DNA of 64,000 nt from Alloascoidea hylecoeti (Eukaryota), in the NCBI GenBank assembly GCA_001600815.1, contig BCKZ01000001.1, positions 62,001 to 126,000 of the forward strand. Direction: 5' to 3'. The first letter of the stretch is position 1. The number at the start of each line of letters is the position of its first letter. The notes under the pieces are model-generated. The model did not search any database. It had not been told where the DNA came from and worked only from the letters and a program-made list of their open reading frames with translations. Below are positions 1 through 10,833 of this stretch, piece by piece. The position numbers and the translations under genes are program-made.

Positions 1-797
1 TACGTTCTGTTCCACAATATGTATAATAGAGCCTTATATATATTGTCTTAAAATTTAGCAGGAAGATGATCAAGATAAACTTAAGGTTATATATTTTTTT
101 GTGTTATCCATTTTCAATCAGTAATTCTTTATGCTTGAATAATTTCAATCAATGGGCATCTCAAACTATATTTTAACTACTACGATTGCTACCTGATCAT
201 AAATTAAACGTGAAATATTACGATTATCAAGATCTATAATGATAATGCTAGCTATGTTAAATTTAATAATTTTTTGTATAATTTTACCATTTTACATAAA
301 CTGGTTCGGCTTATTCATTTCGCATACGAGATCCATTAAAAAAAAAAAGAATGTGTGGCTTCAATAATAGTAGCGTCAAAGATAAGAAAGTTTATATCGA
401 TAAGACTAATTGGGTAATTGAAATGTCGGGGTTTGCCGTCACACTAAATTCTGAATCTCCGTTACCGGTTAGTAGCCGAATAAAAAGTCTTTAAATTTCG
501 TTAACTTAGAGACACATTTTCAATATAATAATTAAAATATATTGTAAGGTGATACACTTACTTTTTGATAAGAAATTTAAAAATTAATCGACAGAATTCA
601 AATAAACATTCGGACTTAATATGCGAAATTGAAAAAAGTAAGAGGGAAATAATGAGCGCTAGCCATGTTGTTATCATGTATACTCGCTGAGTGTGTAGTA
701 GACTCTGCTTTCATATCCACAACTCTGCATATGGTTCCTTGCCCTTACCGACCCTTTCTACTTCACTCACGCTGTAAATAGTTTCTTACGAAGATGC

Positions 798-958
798 AGT
801 GATATGGTGGACAAAGTTGATAATCTGACTTTTAAGCAGATGAGTATGATGGAAGATTCATCAAACAATTCGAAGTAGAAGGAAAAAGTGAAGGATAAAT
901 CCTCTATTATACTCATCTGCTAACAAGTCAGATTATCAACTTTGTCCACCATATCACT
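798..958. repeat. Inverted repeat/hairpin with 50-bp arms (798-847, 909-958) and a 61-bp loop; possible MITE
   Basis: Left arm agtgatatggtggacaaagttgataatctgacttttaagcagatgagtat matches the reverse complement of 909-958 with 2 mismatches. Confidence 0.9.
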
Positions 959-3405
959 TAGAGTGTTCGATCTAGATGTTTTCCTTCAATTTTTTTTTAA
1001 TTTATTTTAGTAATACTCAAAATGTTTGTTTGTTTGTAATATTTCAAAACAATTATTTTGAAATCTTAATCGCATTTGATGGTCTTATTTGTATTATTAG
1101 ATTGTAGAGTTAAATTATAACAACACGTAAAGTTGAATTATGTTTATATTGATTATTGAACTTTGTAAGTAAATATATTAAGACTAGTGCTGGATAAAAC
1201 TAAAGAAAAAGAATTCTTTATCAAAAGGCGAAAGATATCATTTATATATCTCAAACTAGAGCTTCATTCGATTTCCGCTAAATATAAATTAGTTTCCTCA
1301 AAACCCTAAATAAAACAATTAAGAAAGACTCAATATTTGTTCCAATTTTCCAATACATTTATCTAAACAATTTTCGAATATACATGTAGCACCAACTTGT
1401 GACACATTACCAAAATTTCCTAGCGCACGCTAAATAAGGTTTTTATATTTACTAATTATGACAGTGTTGTATGTGTTGATTGTGCCCATCAAAAGTGCAC
1501 AAATTTGCTTTATCATTTGACAATAAAATATACGATTGATTACCATCCTCAATATTAGTGACTAATTTAGATGATGAAACAAGATTGGAATCTAAACCGG
1601 GTACAAACAAGCAGTCTTCCAATTTAAGATTAACCAACTGTAAATGTACATCACCAGTGCCAATAATTTCTAATTGGGAACCATTATCAATGGTAAAGTA
1701 TTCGCGATGATTGGCTTCTTTATGATTCAAGAATGCAGAGCTATCTCCTGACATATGATCAGATGCACCTGAATCAAGTAACCAACTAGGACTAGTGATT
1801 TTTCCTATTTTTAAAGAATCAAAATGAGATAATTGAGCAAAGTGTATTGGAACGTTTGGATGGAACTGGTGTAGATAAAGATTGATTAGGGTGACATTTG
1901 CTAGTCAAATGTTTGTAACTGGTACATCGAGCACAACCAGCCATAATATTGATGAATAAGAATTACTGCGTCTGGAGGTTGACGAAAGGTTCTTCGACAT
2001 TTATGTTCTGGAAAAGTCGGAGTAGCGCAATCTGGACATAACAATAAGATTTCTTCATTTTCATGACGAATAGTAAACCGTTTTTGAATTCTGGGTTCTG
2101 TTGGTTTAAATGAAAATCTTTTGTTTGCATCTTTATTCAGTTTAGAAGCAGCATAAGCAATAGGAGCAATAGAAGTATTTGGGATGTTTTCTCTGATATC
2201 TAATTGAATTGAATTGGTTCCTGATATACGAACTTGTTCGTCGAAGAGTGTGAGTAGGTTCATATGACTGAATTAAGTTGTAAGGTTCTTGATTTCATCA
2301 CTATTGTCTTTTAATGAAAAAATACGGTTTTTGAAACTGAAACCATATAATAACATCTTTGGAGTTAAGTTTTTAACTGATTGTGTATAAATGCAACAAT
2401 TTTCAATATATTTGGCAACTTCTCCTATTTGTAAACATATTTCATTAGGATTTGAATTACCTAATTTATTCAATGCTTTTATAAATTGATTTTAAGAAGT
2501 TGAAAGAAGTTCATAAGAGTTATGTGGTTGAACATTTTATGACTTGAAATTGTAGAAGAATTTAAATCATTAAAAGTATTTATATCTGGAATTGTGGCCT
2601 TAATCAGATCTCTTATGGTATTATCAATGGAAAGGAGGACGGAAGAGGCATATTCCTTTTGTCTGCCTAATCCATCACTTTCCTCGATGATTAAATTGGT
2701 TGGGAAATATTCAGACATATCAATATCTAGATAGCTTGATTTGATTCCAGCCGTTATCAATGTGTTCTTTAGCTTAGCTTCACATAATATAAAGTTTGAA
2801 CCGTTGAAGATTGGAAATTCATTTTTTGCACTTTGTAAGGTTTTTCTAATGGAGTTTAAGCTAAATGATTCTGTGAAGAATTGATGTAGGTGCAAGGATT
2901 AATTGATTTAATAAAAACTTGTTATTGCTTAAAGAGTCTATTTGATAATTAGAAGAGGTAGAAGTACTTGAAGTGGATTGGAGTTGGAGCCAAGAATCTA
3001 GAAGTGATTGTTGGACTTTAATTACTGGGAGTAAAAATTGATTAATTTTGGGTCTATTTTCTGGCGTAGCTAAGGCCATAAAAAATGATAAAATTCCAAT
3101 TTCCTCTGTAGTAAATTGGTTCTCCAATTCTTTCAGTTCTTCTGTTGAGACCTCTGACTGTAGTAATTTGTCTACAGAGGTGGATCAATGTTAAATACTT
3201 TGGATATTTTGGTTTTAAACATACTGTTGTTATGTGATTTGAAATTTTAAGGTTTAAGAGTAAAATTAAATGTTGATATATGCAATCAATATGAGCGTAA
3301 CTTTGAATACCAAACGATTTGAGGCTGAAGAATGTTGAGAAAGCAAATTCTTTGTTTTGCGAAAAGAAATTTGTATTTGTAGATTAATAAGGTGACTCCG
3401 TCACA

Positions 3406-3418
3406 AGGGCTCATAACC
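3406..3418 (-). other. Primer-binding site GGTTATGAGCCCT (half-tRNA iMet priming, Ty5/copia type)
   Basis: Plus strand agggctcataacc directly abuts the LTR end (...TGTCA|GGTTATGAGCCCT on minus). Confidence 0.88.
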
Positions 3419-3663
3419 TGACAGTGTTGTATGGTGGATCGAGAGAAGTGGCACGGATAATCTATTAACAAGTGAGTCAGACAATGATCACACGAGAGGA
3501 ATCTAGATATATTAAGAGAGAACTTACCTATTAACAAGTGACAATGATCACACGAGAGGAATAGGGAAGAGAAACTATGGAAGCTAAATAATATATATAT
3601 ATATATGACAGTATTGTATATCTGAGTACAGGCGGAGATTATATCACATATCTAACTCTAACA
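3419..3663 (-). repeat. 5' LTR (245 bp) of the Ty5-like element
   Basis: TGTTA...TGTCA termini on minus; abuts the PBS; homologous copy at 33561-33733; internal duplication of ctattaacaagtga..caatgatcacacgagaggaat. Confidence 0.88.
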
Positions 3664-3899
3664 AATTAATTACCATATCAAAATGTAGGTATACAAGTTC
3701 CACTGTTTCAAAATCATTTGGTACATCAGGGACACTATTAAATCCCCAATTTAAGATTCCATATAATGTTACAACTAATGTTAATGGACTAATTTTATGA
3801 TCTAATTAAACTTATAAGGTACAATAATATTAATATAATATTACAAAAAGTAAATCAACAACTCAAAATAATAAATCCAAAAAAATGGCCAGTTTATCC

Positions 3900-4148
3900 C
3901 AATATTATTTGATTTTATATAATAAATTGGTTGTCAACCTCTTGTTGATCTATATTCGCCCAAATATCAGATATTTAATTCGGCTAAATTATGCATGCAT
4001 AATAACTCAAGGAGTGATCGAAACTTTATGTAAGATGTGGCCGAATAGTTTATGCATAATCTGGCCGAATTAAATATCTGATATTTGGGCGAATATAGGT
4101 CAACAAGAGGTTGACAACCAATTTATTACATAAATTCAAATAATATTG
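3900..4148. repeat. Foldback inverted repeat with 97-bp arms (3900-3996, 4052-4148) containing TATTCG(G/C)CCA-family motifs
   Basis: Arms are reverse complements with 5 mismatches and a 55-bp loop; tgggcgaatataggtcaacaa is shared with the 12685-12705 region. Confidence 0.92.
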
Positions 4149-4387
4149 TGGTTTGAGTGTTTCTGGGTCATTTAAAGTTCTTAAGTTAACTATTGAAATT
4201 TGAATCGATAAATATCAATTCCTTAAAATAACCCCACAAAAATATATAACCACCTCTATTTTGTTCTCTACCCTTTTTCATAACCTACTTTACATCTAAT
4301 TATTTTAAATCTCAACAGATTTCTAATTTTTAGTTACTTTCTCCAAACTTTTCACGCAAACAAACTACCAATAAATAACTCTTTAAC

Positions 4388-4954
4388 ATGGATGACACAA
4401 GCTTATTTGATAGAAGGGTCCCAAATTTATTTCATAAAAAGGCCCCAGAGCACTTAATGTATGAGTTGGACCTAAGCTTAATTGATAATTATGAAAGTGA
4501 TAATTATGAAAGTGACCCAAAAACAAAAGTATCACTTGATGAATCCTACTTTACTTATACACTTCTCAAAAACATGATTAGTCAATGCCACTCAAGATCA
4601 TTAACTGATGAATATCTCTCAAACTTAATTAATGACTTCGGCTCAAAGCTAACTTTTAACTCGGACTCAAGCTTAACTAATGAATCCAAAGATATTCAAC
4701 CAGATTCAAGCTTAAGCTTAGAACCAGAAGCTGCAGAAGCACTTGAGAATAATAGTGTTGATTGTGCACTTGCAAATAATTATGATGTAATGAAAACAGC
4801 ACAGGGCTTAAGAATTCGTTTTGAGAATACATTCCTCCTTCTAAAATCAGATCATTTAGATAGGGTGGAAACTGAAAAAGCAGCTAAATTGCCCCACAAA
4901 AGTCTAAGGGACTTAAAGAAAAAGGCACTAAGAATTCTAAAAAATTCCATCTAA
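4388..4954 (+). CDS. Orphan 188-aa ORF, probably the 5' part of a decayed transposon gene
   Basis: ATG-initiated ORF lying between repeat arrays; exact 15-bp tandem duplication (DNYES x2); coding-like but interrupted sequence continues downstream; no confident family match. Confidence 0.4.
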   Translation: MDDTSLFDRRVPNLFHKKAPEHLMYELDLSLIDNYESDNYESDPKTKVSLDESYFTYTLLKNMISQCHSRSLTDEYLSNLINDFGSKLTFNSDSSLTNESKDIQPDSSLSLEPEAAEALENNSVDCALANNYDVMKTAQGLRIRFENTFLLLKSDHLDRVETEKAAKLPHKSLRDLKKKALRILKNSI

Positions 4955-5888
4955 AATGTTTTTGATGTAAAGCTAAAGCCTATAGCGCGAAATATATTAA
5001 TAATCAGTGGAAACGAATAAATTTTGATGCGCACATCTGTTTGTTAGGAGCAGCTGAAGAAACTGAACCGCAGACTACCTACACCTGAGAGAGAAAAGTA
5101 TCCACATGTTGATTCGGCAATGGAAAAGGTGGTTTGAATTAAGCGCTTGCGATCGGAAATGTGAGTCCCTTATCATCTATGCTACAAGCTTGGTGTTGCA
5201 AGACAAAATAAAAACGGTTATGCTGTTACTTGTCCTAGCAGAACTTCAGGTTATGAGGTAACAGAATTGTTTTCCGGTACCGCCATCACCATCTGAGAGG
5301 GATATTTTGAGTGAGGGATATTTAAAGTCTTTAGCAAATATTAAAAAAGCTGTACATAAAAGGTATACCAAGCTGATAAGTAGTTTGATTTTATAATTTC
5401 ATTTATTTTTATCTTAATATGCATACTAGTTGTAGCCGATTTGTAGTACAGTACTAGTAGTTGAACTTTTCAACAAATGATATAGCTATAAGGCCCTATA
5501 GAAAGAGAGGGTAAGATTTAGTTGGATGAGATTCCAAAATGTCTTGTTCATTTTAAATTACATTCATATGTTCATCTGAGATGTATTTAGAAGTTTGACA
5601 ATAGATCAGTATCAAGCTCTTGTTTTTAATGATCGCGAAGATTAAGGCTTTAATAACAGATCTGGATGACGAAACTCTTTTTACTCTTATGGCTTATTGA
5701 ATGTTGTTTTGGCTTCTCGTCAGGAGAAATGTTAATCCTTTCATCGATAATTTGTAAAAAGAACTGAAATTAACTAGTATTATATTGTATTCCTTTAAAA
5801 TAATGCTACTAATAGGTGGAATTAGTGGAATATAATCAACCGTTTTTTATGCAAATTTAAATATTATCTATCTACGTATAGGGATACA

Positions 5889-6066
5889 TGTAAGCCTTAT
5901 ACCGGTATATAAGCTGCGGCTAGCCCTCCGGGAATTCCATAATGATACCGATACATAATTGAGAGTAAGACTTTAGTTGTTGAATATATATAGTAATACA
6001 GGAATTATCTTATTCTCGTGTATTTACCCTAGAGCTTGTGTTCAATGGATCGTGTGTTGGTTTACA
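5889..6066. repeat. Candidate solo LTR of a different family
   Basis: TGTAAGCC...GGTTTACA terminal inverted 8-mers (1 mismatch), 178 bp, internal TATA-like tract; no target-site duplication. Confidence 0.3.
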
Positions 6067-6074
6067 GTTCGTGT

Positions 6075-6343
6075 AAATATCAACCACTTGTTGACTTAAA
6101 TATTCGGCCATACTTTGAATTATTAATTCAACCACGTTTTTGAGTATTTGACCACTTCTTCAATTAAATATTGGCCCACTCCATAAAGATTCGACCGCTT
6201 TACACTTAACATGCGACCATTCTCTAAGTAAAATGTCCGACCACTTCTTAAATTAAATATTCGGACATAACTTGAGCTAATATTAGATCACATGACTTAT
6301 TTATTATTCGACCATGCGGTCTAAAATATTCGGCCACTAACAC
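6075..6343 (+). repeat. Degenerate periodic array of ~12 units of 20-25 bp, consensus core AAATATTCG(G/A)CCAC with variable linkers
   Basis: Units include aaatattcggccat, agtatttgaccac, aaatattggcccac, aagattcgaccgc, aaatgtccgaccac, aaatattcggacat, attattcgaccat, aaatattcggccac. Confidence 0.85.
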
Positions 6344-7014
6344 TACTTCAGGGTGATAAGGTTACACTCTTCAGGTGTGATTTGGTCATCTATTTTTATT
6401 ACTATTCCTGAACAAAATTCAGCGGATATTTTATTGATCTTCATTCGGTCTCAATCAATAAAAACACTTTTAAATGCTATTTACACTCCCATGACTATAG
6501 CTTTATATTGGTTTAGCTGAATCATAACTAATTTAATGGTCAATAAGTTCAATGAAAACACTACTACTGTAGTACTCAATTGTAATTGATCATGATCAAA
6601 CCTCCCTAGGTTCAAGAATATTCACATTCTATTACATATAAGATAGTTGTAAGAGGCAATTGCAAATTGCAATTACTTGTTCGCGATTGTTCATGTCTTA
6701 CATACACCGTTTATAACATAACTTTGCAGTATCAGCATCTTATAATCATCAATATTACTTACTTATGTATAACAATTATATATTAGCCTATGTTTTTTAT
6801 TCGACCAAATATATAATTATAGCAATATATATAAAAATTAAGGAACAAAACATAAAAGACAAATTAAGCAATGTTAAATGTTAACAGAAAAAAGAACATC
6901 ATAAGGTAGCAAATAATCAATAAATATTTATATTTGTATATAGTTTTAGCTTCTTAATTGTATCAATTAGATCATACTCATTGGTGTTTATTAAATTAAC
7001 ACATGATTAAAAAA

Positions 7015-8254
7015 TTATAAAGATTTTGGAAAACCAGAAGCATTAATCAAGGATTCATTAGTTTTTCTAGGTCCATCACCAACCCTAGTTAAAATAATTC
7101 TTGAAACGCCTTCAACAACTCCATCACCTAAAGATTTATTAAAACCTTTTGGTAAAGAAGCTTTTATATTTGATTTATTATTATCCCAACCAGATAATGA
7201 ACCAAAAATAGATTTTAAGATTCCTAAAATAAATTCTTCATTCTCTTCTTCATAATAAATAACAGCATTTGGACCAGCATCATAAGTATATGCAGCAATT
7301 GTTTTATTTGAAATTTTGTTAATTTCATCAACTATACGAATAATTGATCTTGATGTATCATTCATATAAAAAATTGGTGGAGTTGAATCAAGACAAACAG
7401 CATGGAATTGATTTGAATCCTGCATTGTTAAATTACCAAAAGTTTCAAAATCTTTTGATAAGATTGCAGATTTCATTTCCTCATATCTTTTTGGTACAAC
7501 TTCTTTTATACGATATTGAAATAAAGGTGATGTTGCAACTGTGTTTTGCATACCAGAAGTTGAAGAAGTATCTTTTTTACTTGCACTGACAACTAAAATT
7601 GCAGCTTTAATTCCAGGCCAAAATTCTTTTGGTGCAATTTCAATTGCACGAGAATCAGAACCATCAACTTCATTTCCCATTTCCCAAGCAGCAAAACCAC
7701 CAAATAACGATCTGCAAGCAGATCCTGAACCCTTCCTTGCAATTTTAGATAGTTCACTAGGAGATTGAGGAAGTTTATATAAATCAGCAACTGCTCTAAC
7801 TAAGGCAGCAAACCCAGCGGCAGAAGAAGCTAAACCCGCAGCAGTTGGGAAATTATTTTCAGATACAATGTGTACACCAAATTCACTCAATTTAACCAAT
7901 GATGGATCCTTTGCTTCAACTTCTTTTCTTAAAGCTCGTAGATCATTAAAACATTTCACAAGGCGATCAGAAGTTTCAATTGATTCTTCATTTCCATTAA
8001 GCCATAATCTATCACCCTTGAAAGATTCAGAAGCTGCAGCTGTTGTCAAAGTACGTAGATCATCCTGAGATAAAGTGACAGATATGGAAGAATTTGTTGG
8101 TAGATTGAGAGCTTTGTCTCTCTTTCCCCAATACTTAAGGGTCTATAAATTAAACAATGAATGTTCGTTAGAATGTCGTAGCAAAAAGATGATTAAAATA
8201 ACATACGGCGATGTTAACGGGAGCAGTAGTTGAAGCAGAATAAACGGAGGCCAT
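7015..8254 (-). CDS. MVD1: Diphosphomevalonate decarboxylase, 2 exons (8207-8254, 7015-8142), ~391 aa
   Basis: APVNIA|TLKYWGKRD spliced across intron 8143-8206 (GTATGT..TCTAAC..TAG); motifs NNFPTAAGLASSAAG, GSGSACRS, AYTYDAGPNAV. Confidence 0.97.
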
Positions 8255-8368
8255 TTCAAGTTTTTTTTCAATTGCTGAAAAAAGAAGAAGTAAAAAAAGA
8301 GATCTTCTGGTCAATTTATACACACAGTTGCAATATAACAATTAAAATAAATCCGACGGTTGGAGATT

Positions 8369-8403
8369 CCGGGTAACTTTTTCAGTTTGATATTGGCACG
8401 TGA
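8369..8403. promoter_or_regulatory. Reb1-type site CCGGGTAA (8369-8376) and Cbf1/bHLH E-box CACGTG (8397-8402) in the divergent MVD1-COQ2 promoter
   Basis: Exact consensus matches in a 214-bp bidirectional intergenic region. Confidence 0.7.
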
Positions 8404-8468
8404 TTGAAATTTTAACGTTTTCTAACGACCAATATGATTAACAACAAATATCTAACTCTTTTTGTCCA

Positions 8469-9575
8469 ATGAGCTTGATCGGAACATTTGTACGTCCGTC
8501 CGTTTTGAGGACAGTCTTGAAGCCTCGGTCAATAAGTCCTGTCAGTGTTGGCCTTCGTCTCGGTTTAGGCTCAATCAATATCCGGTGTAGTGGATCTCTG
8601 CCAAAGCCACCAGCAACCAATATTAATCCTCATAATTTTGTCATTACTCCTCCAACAGATGAAGAACTCGGCTTTTTTGTTTCAAAGCTTCCTGCTAAAT
8701 TCATACCATACGCTAGATTAAGTCGTTGGGAAAAACCAATAGGAACTTGGCTATTATATTCTCCATGTACTTGGGCTATCACAATGGCTGCTTATAGTAC
8801 TGCGGCACCATTGACTTCTACTATATGGACTTTGGGTTTGTTTGGAATAGGTGCTTTTATCATGAGAGGTGCTGGCTGTACAATAAACGATATGCTCGAT
8901 CGGAATTTAGATAATCAGGTTGAAAGAACAATAAATAGACCAATTGCATCAGGTGAAGTATCTGTTAAACAGGCTACAGCATGGCTTGGTACTCAATGTT
9001 TCATGGGTTTAGGTGTTTTACTTTCATTACCTTCGGATTGTTTTTTACTTGGTGCTGCTTCTTTACCATTTGTTTTCACATACCCTTTATTTAAACGATT
9101 CACTTATTATCCTCAAGCAATGCTTTCATTTTGTTTCAATTGGGGTGCTCTATTAGGATTCCCGGCAATGGGCGTATGGAATTGGGGTGTAATGGTTCCT
9201 TTATTCACCTCAGCATGGACATGGTGTATGACATATGATACAATTTATGCCCATCAAGATAAAAAATTTGATGTTGTAGCAGGTATAAAATCAACTGCTT
9301 TAGCATGGGGTAAAAATACCAAAACAATCATGACTGCTTTAAGTATAACACAAATTAGTTTACTAGGATTTGCTGGATTTATGAATAGTATGGGACCTTG
9401 TTTTTGGATTGGTGTTGGTATTGGAACTTATAGATTAGGTCATATGATTAAAAATGTTAATCTTGATGATCCAAAAAGTTGTTGGAATAGTTTTACTAAT
9501 AATATTAATACTGGACATGTTTTTTTTTACGGAATTCTTGGTGATTATTTGTTGAAATTAATGGGATATCTGTAA
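8469..9575 (+). CDS. COQ2: 4-hydroxybenzoate polyprenyltransferase, mitochondrial
   Basis: UbiA motifs RGAGCTINDMLDRNLD..VERT..RPIASG and YDTIYAHQDKKFD; Arg/Ser-rich presequence. Confidence 0.97.
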   Translation: MSLIGTFVRPSVLRTVLKPRSISPVSVGLRLGLGSINIRCSGSLPKPPATNINPHNFVITPPTDEELGFFVSKLPAKFIPYARLSRWEKPIGTWLLYSPCTWAITMAAYSTAAPLTSTIWTLGLFGIGAFIMRGAGCTINDMLDRNLDNQVERTINRPIASGEVSVKQATAWLGTQCFMGLGVLLSLPSDCFLLGAASLPFVFTYPLFKRFTYYPQAMLSFCFNWGALLGFPAMGVWNWGVMVPLFTSAWTWCMTYDTIYAHQDKKFDVVAGIKSTALAWGKNTKTIMTALSITQISLLGFAGFMNSMGPCFWIGVGIGTYRLGHMIKNVNLDDPKSCWNSFTNNINTGHVFFYGILGDYLLKLMGYL

Positions 9576-9810
9576 TAAAAATATATTGTAAGATAATTAG
9601 TTTATATAATAAATGTATACAAAGACTTATTTTATCTTCATTAGTTAAATGTTAACAATAGATGTCTTGAATTTGATACTTATCGTTGATCTATTTAGAT
9701 TTACATCATATTGTGTGTATGGATGTTGTCGAGGAACAAACAACTTGAAAATGTTCTGAATATTTCTTCTTGATCTTATATTTTTCAACAATACCCTAAT
9801 AATATTAAAA

Positions 9811-10833
9811 ATGTCAGATGAAGAATTTGACGGTCAGAAGTTGTTAGACACAACTTTACATGGTACTATTATTCCAACTTGTTTATTGTTGGTTGGAATA
9901 GCAATCTTTGATTGGCGTTATACACCTATTGGTATAGCAATAGCACTTGTTTTAATTGGTTTTAGAATTAAAAGAGGAATGGCTAAAAAAACAAATTTGA
10001 AAAAAGGTGTTTCTACTGAGTTAGAATTAATCGATAAAACAATTGTTTCTCATAATACTGCAATGTAAGAAGAATTTTTACAAATAATAAACTATTGCTT
10101 ACAATTGAAAATACTAACGATGTTTTTTTTTTAAAAAAAATATAGTTACAGCTTTGCTCTTAAAGATGAAAACCAAACATTAATGATACCCATTGGTCAT
10201 CACTTACAAGTTACTGTTCCAATCCAAGGAAAAGATGAAATCCGATATTATACACCAATTTCATCCCGTGAAGAAAAAGGTAGTTTTGATTTATTAATAA
10301 AATCTTATCCAAAAGGTAAAGTATCTAGTTATTTTGCAGGATTAAGACCTCATCAGACCATAAAATTCTCAGGTCCTGTTGGAAGAATGAATTATACATC
10401 AAATTTAGCAAAAGAAATTGGAATGATTGCTGGTGGTTCTGGTATAACCCCAATTCTTCAAATTTTAGCATATATTACAACAACACCAGAAGATACAACA
10501 AAAATAAGTTTAATTTATGCAAATGAAACAGAAGATGATATTTTATTGAAAGAAGAACTTGATGAATTAAATGAAAAATATCCTTATTTTAATGTTCATT
10601 ATATTATAAATAAATCAACATCATCATCATCAAAATTAAAATGGAATGGTAATATTGGTTATATTACATCAGATTTAATTTTAAAATATTTGCCATCTCC
10701 AAAAATTGATAATAAATTGTTTATTTGTGGTCCTCCTGCTATGAATAAATCATTAAAAGAAATAACTGAAAATTTAGGATGGGAAAAATCAAGTGTTCCT
10801 TCAAAACAAGAAGATCAAGTATTTTTCTTTTAA
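9811..10833 (+). CDS. PGA3: NADH-cytochrome b5 reductase family protein with N-terminal membrane anchor, Pga3/Aim33 type; 2 exons (9811-10064, 10146-10833)
   Basis: Intron 10065-10145 (GTAAGA..TACTAAC..TAG) joins the two ORFs in frame (HNTAI-YSFAL). Motifs RYYTPIS, GKVSSY, AGGSGITP, CGPP and C-terminal DQVFFF; N-terminal HG.IIP..L..VG.AI resembles Pga3. Confidence 0.85.

Larger units (their letters stand above)
1340..3663 (-). mobile_element. Truncated, degenerate Ty5-like (Ty1/copia) LTR retrotransposon: 5' LTR, PBS, broken gag, protease and pre-integrase remnant
   Basis: Copia protease motif SWLLDSGASDHMSGD (~1745-1790, minus), followed by G.GDV.L and FVPGLDSNLVSSSKL. Gag fragments with FNGSNF and a CxxC..H.C knuckle are split over 4 ORFs by frameshifts/stops. 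LTR and PBS lie upstream. No RT/RNaseH or 3' LTR seen; the left boundary is approximate. Confidence 0.88.

Noticed and set aside
3885..4073. Small ORFs at 3885-4073 and 12508-12735
   Set aside because: By-products of the repeat arrays, with no coding evidence.
6075..6343. CRISPR-like repeat-spacer array
   Set aside because: Repeats are short and degenerate, linkers are only ~6-11 bp and are homologous between loci, the context is eukaryotic, and no cas-like gene is present.
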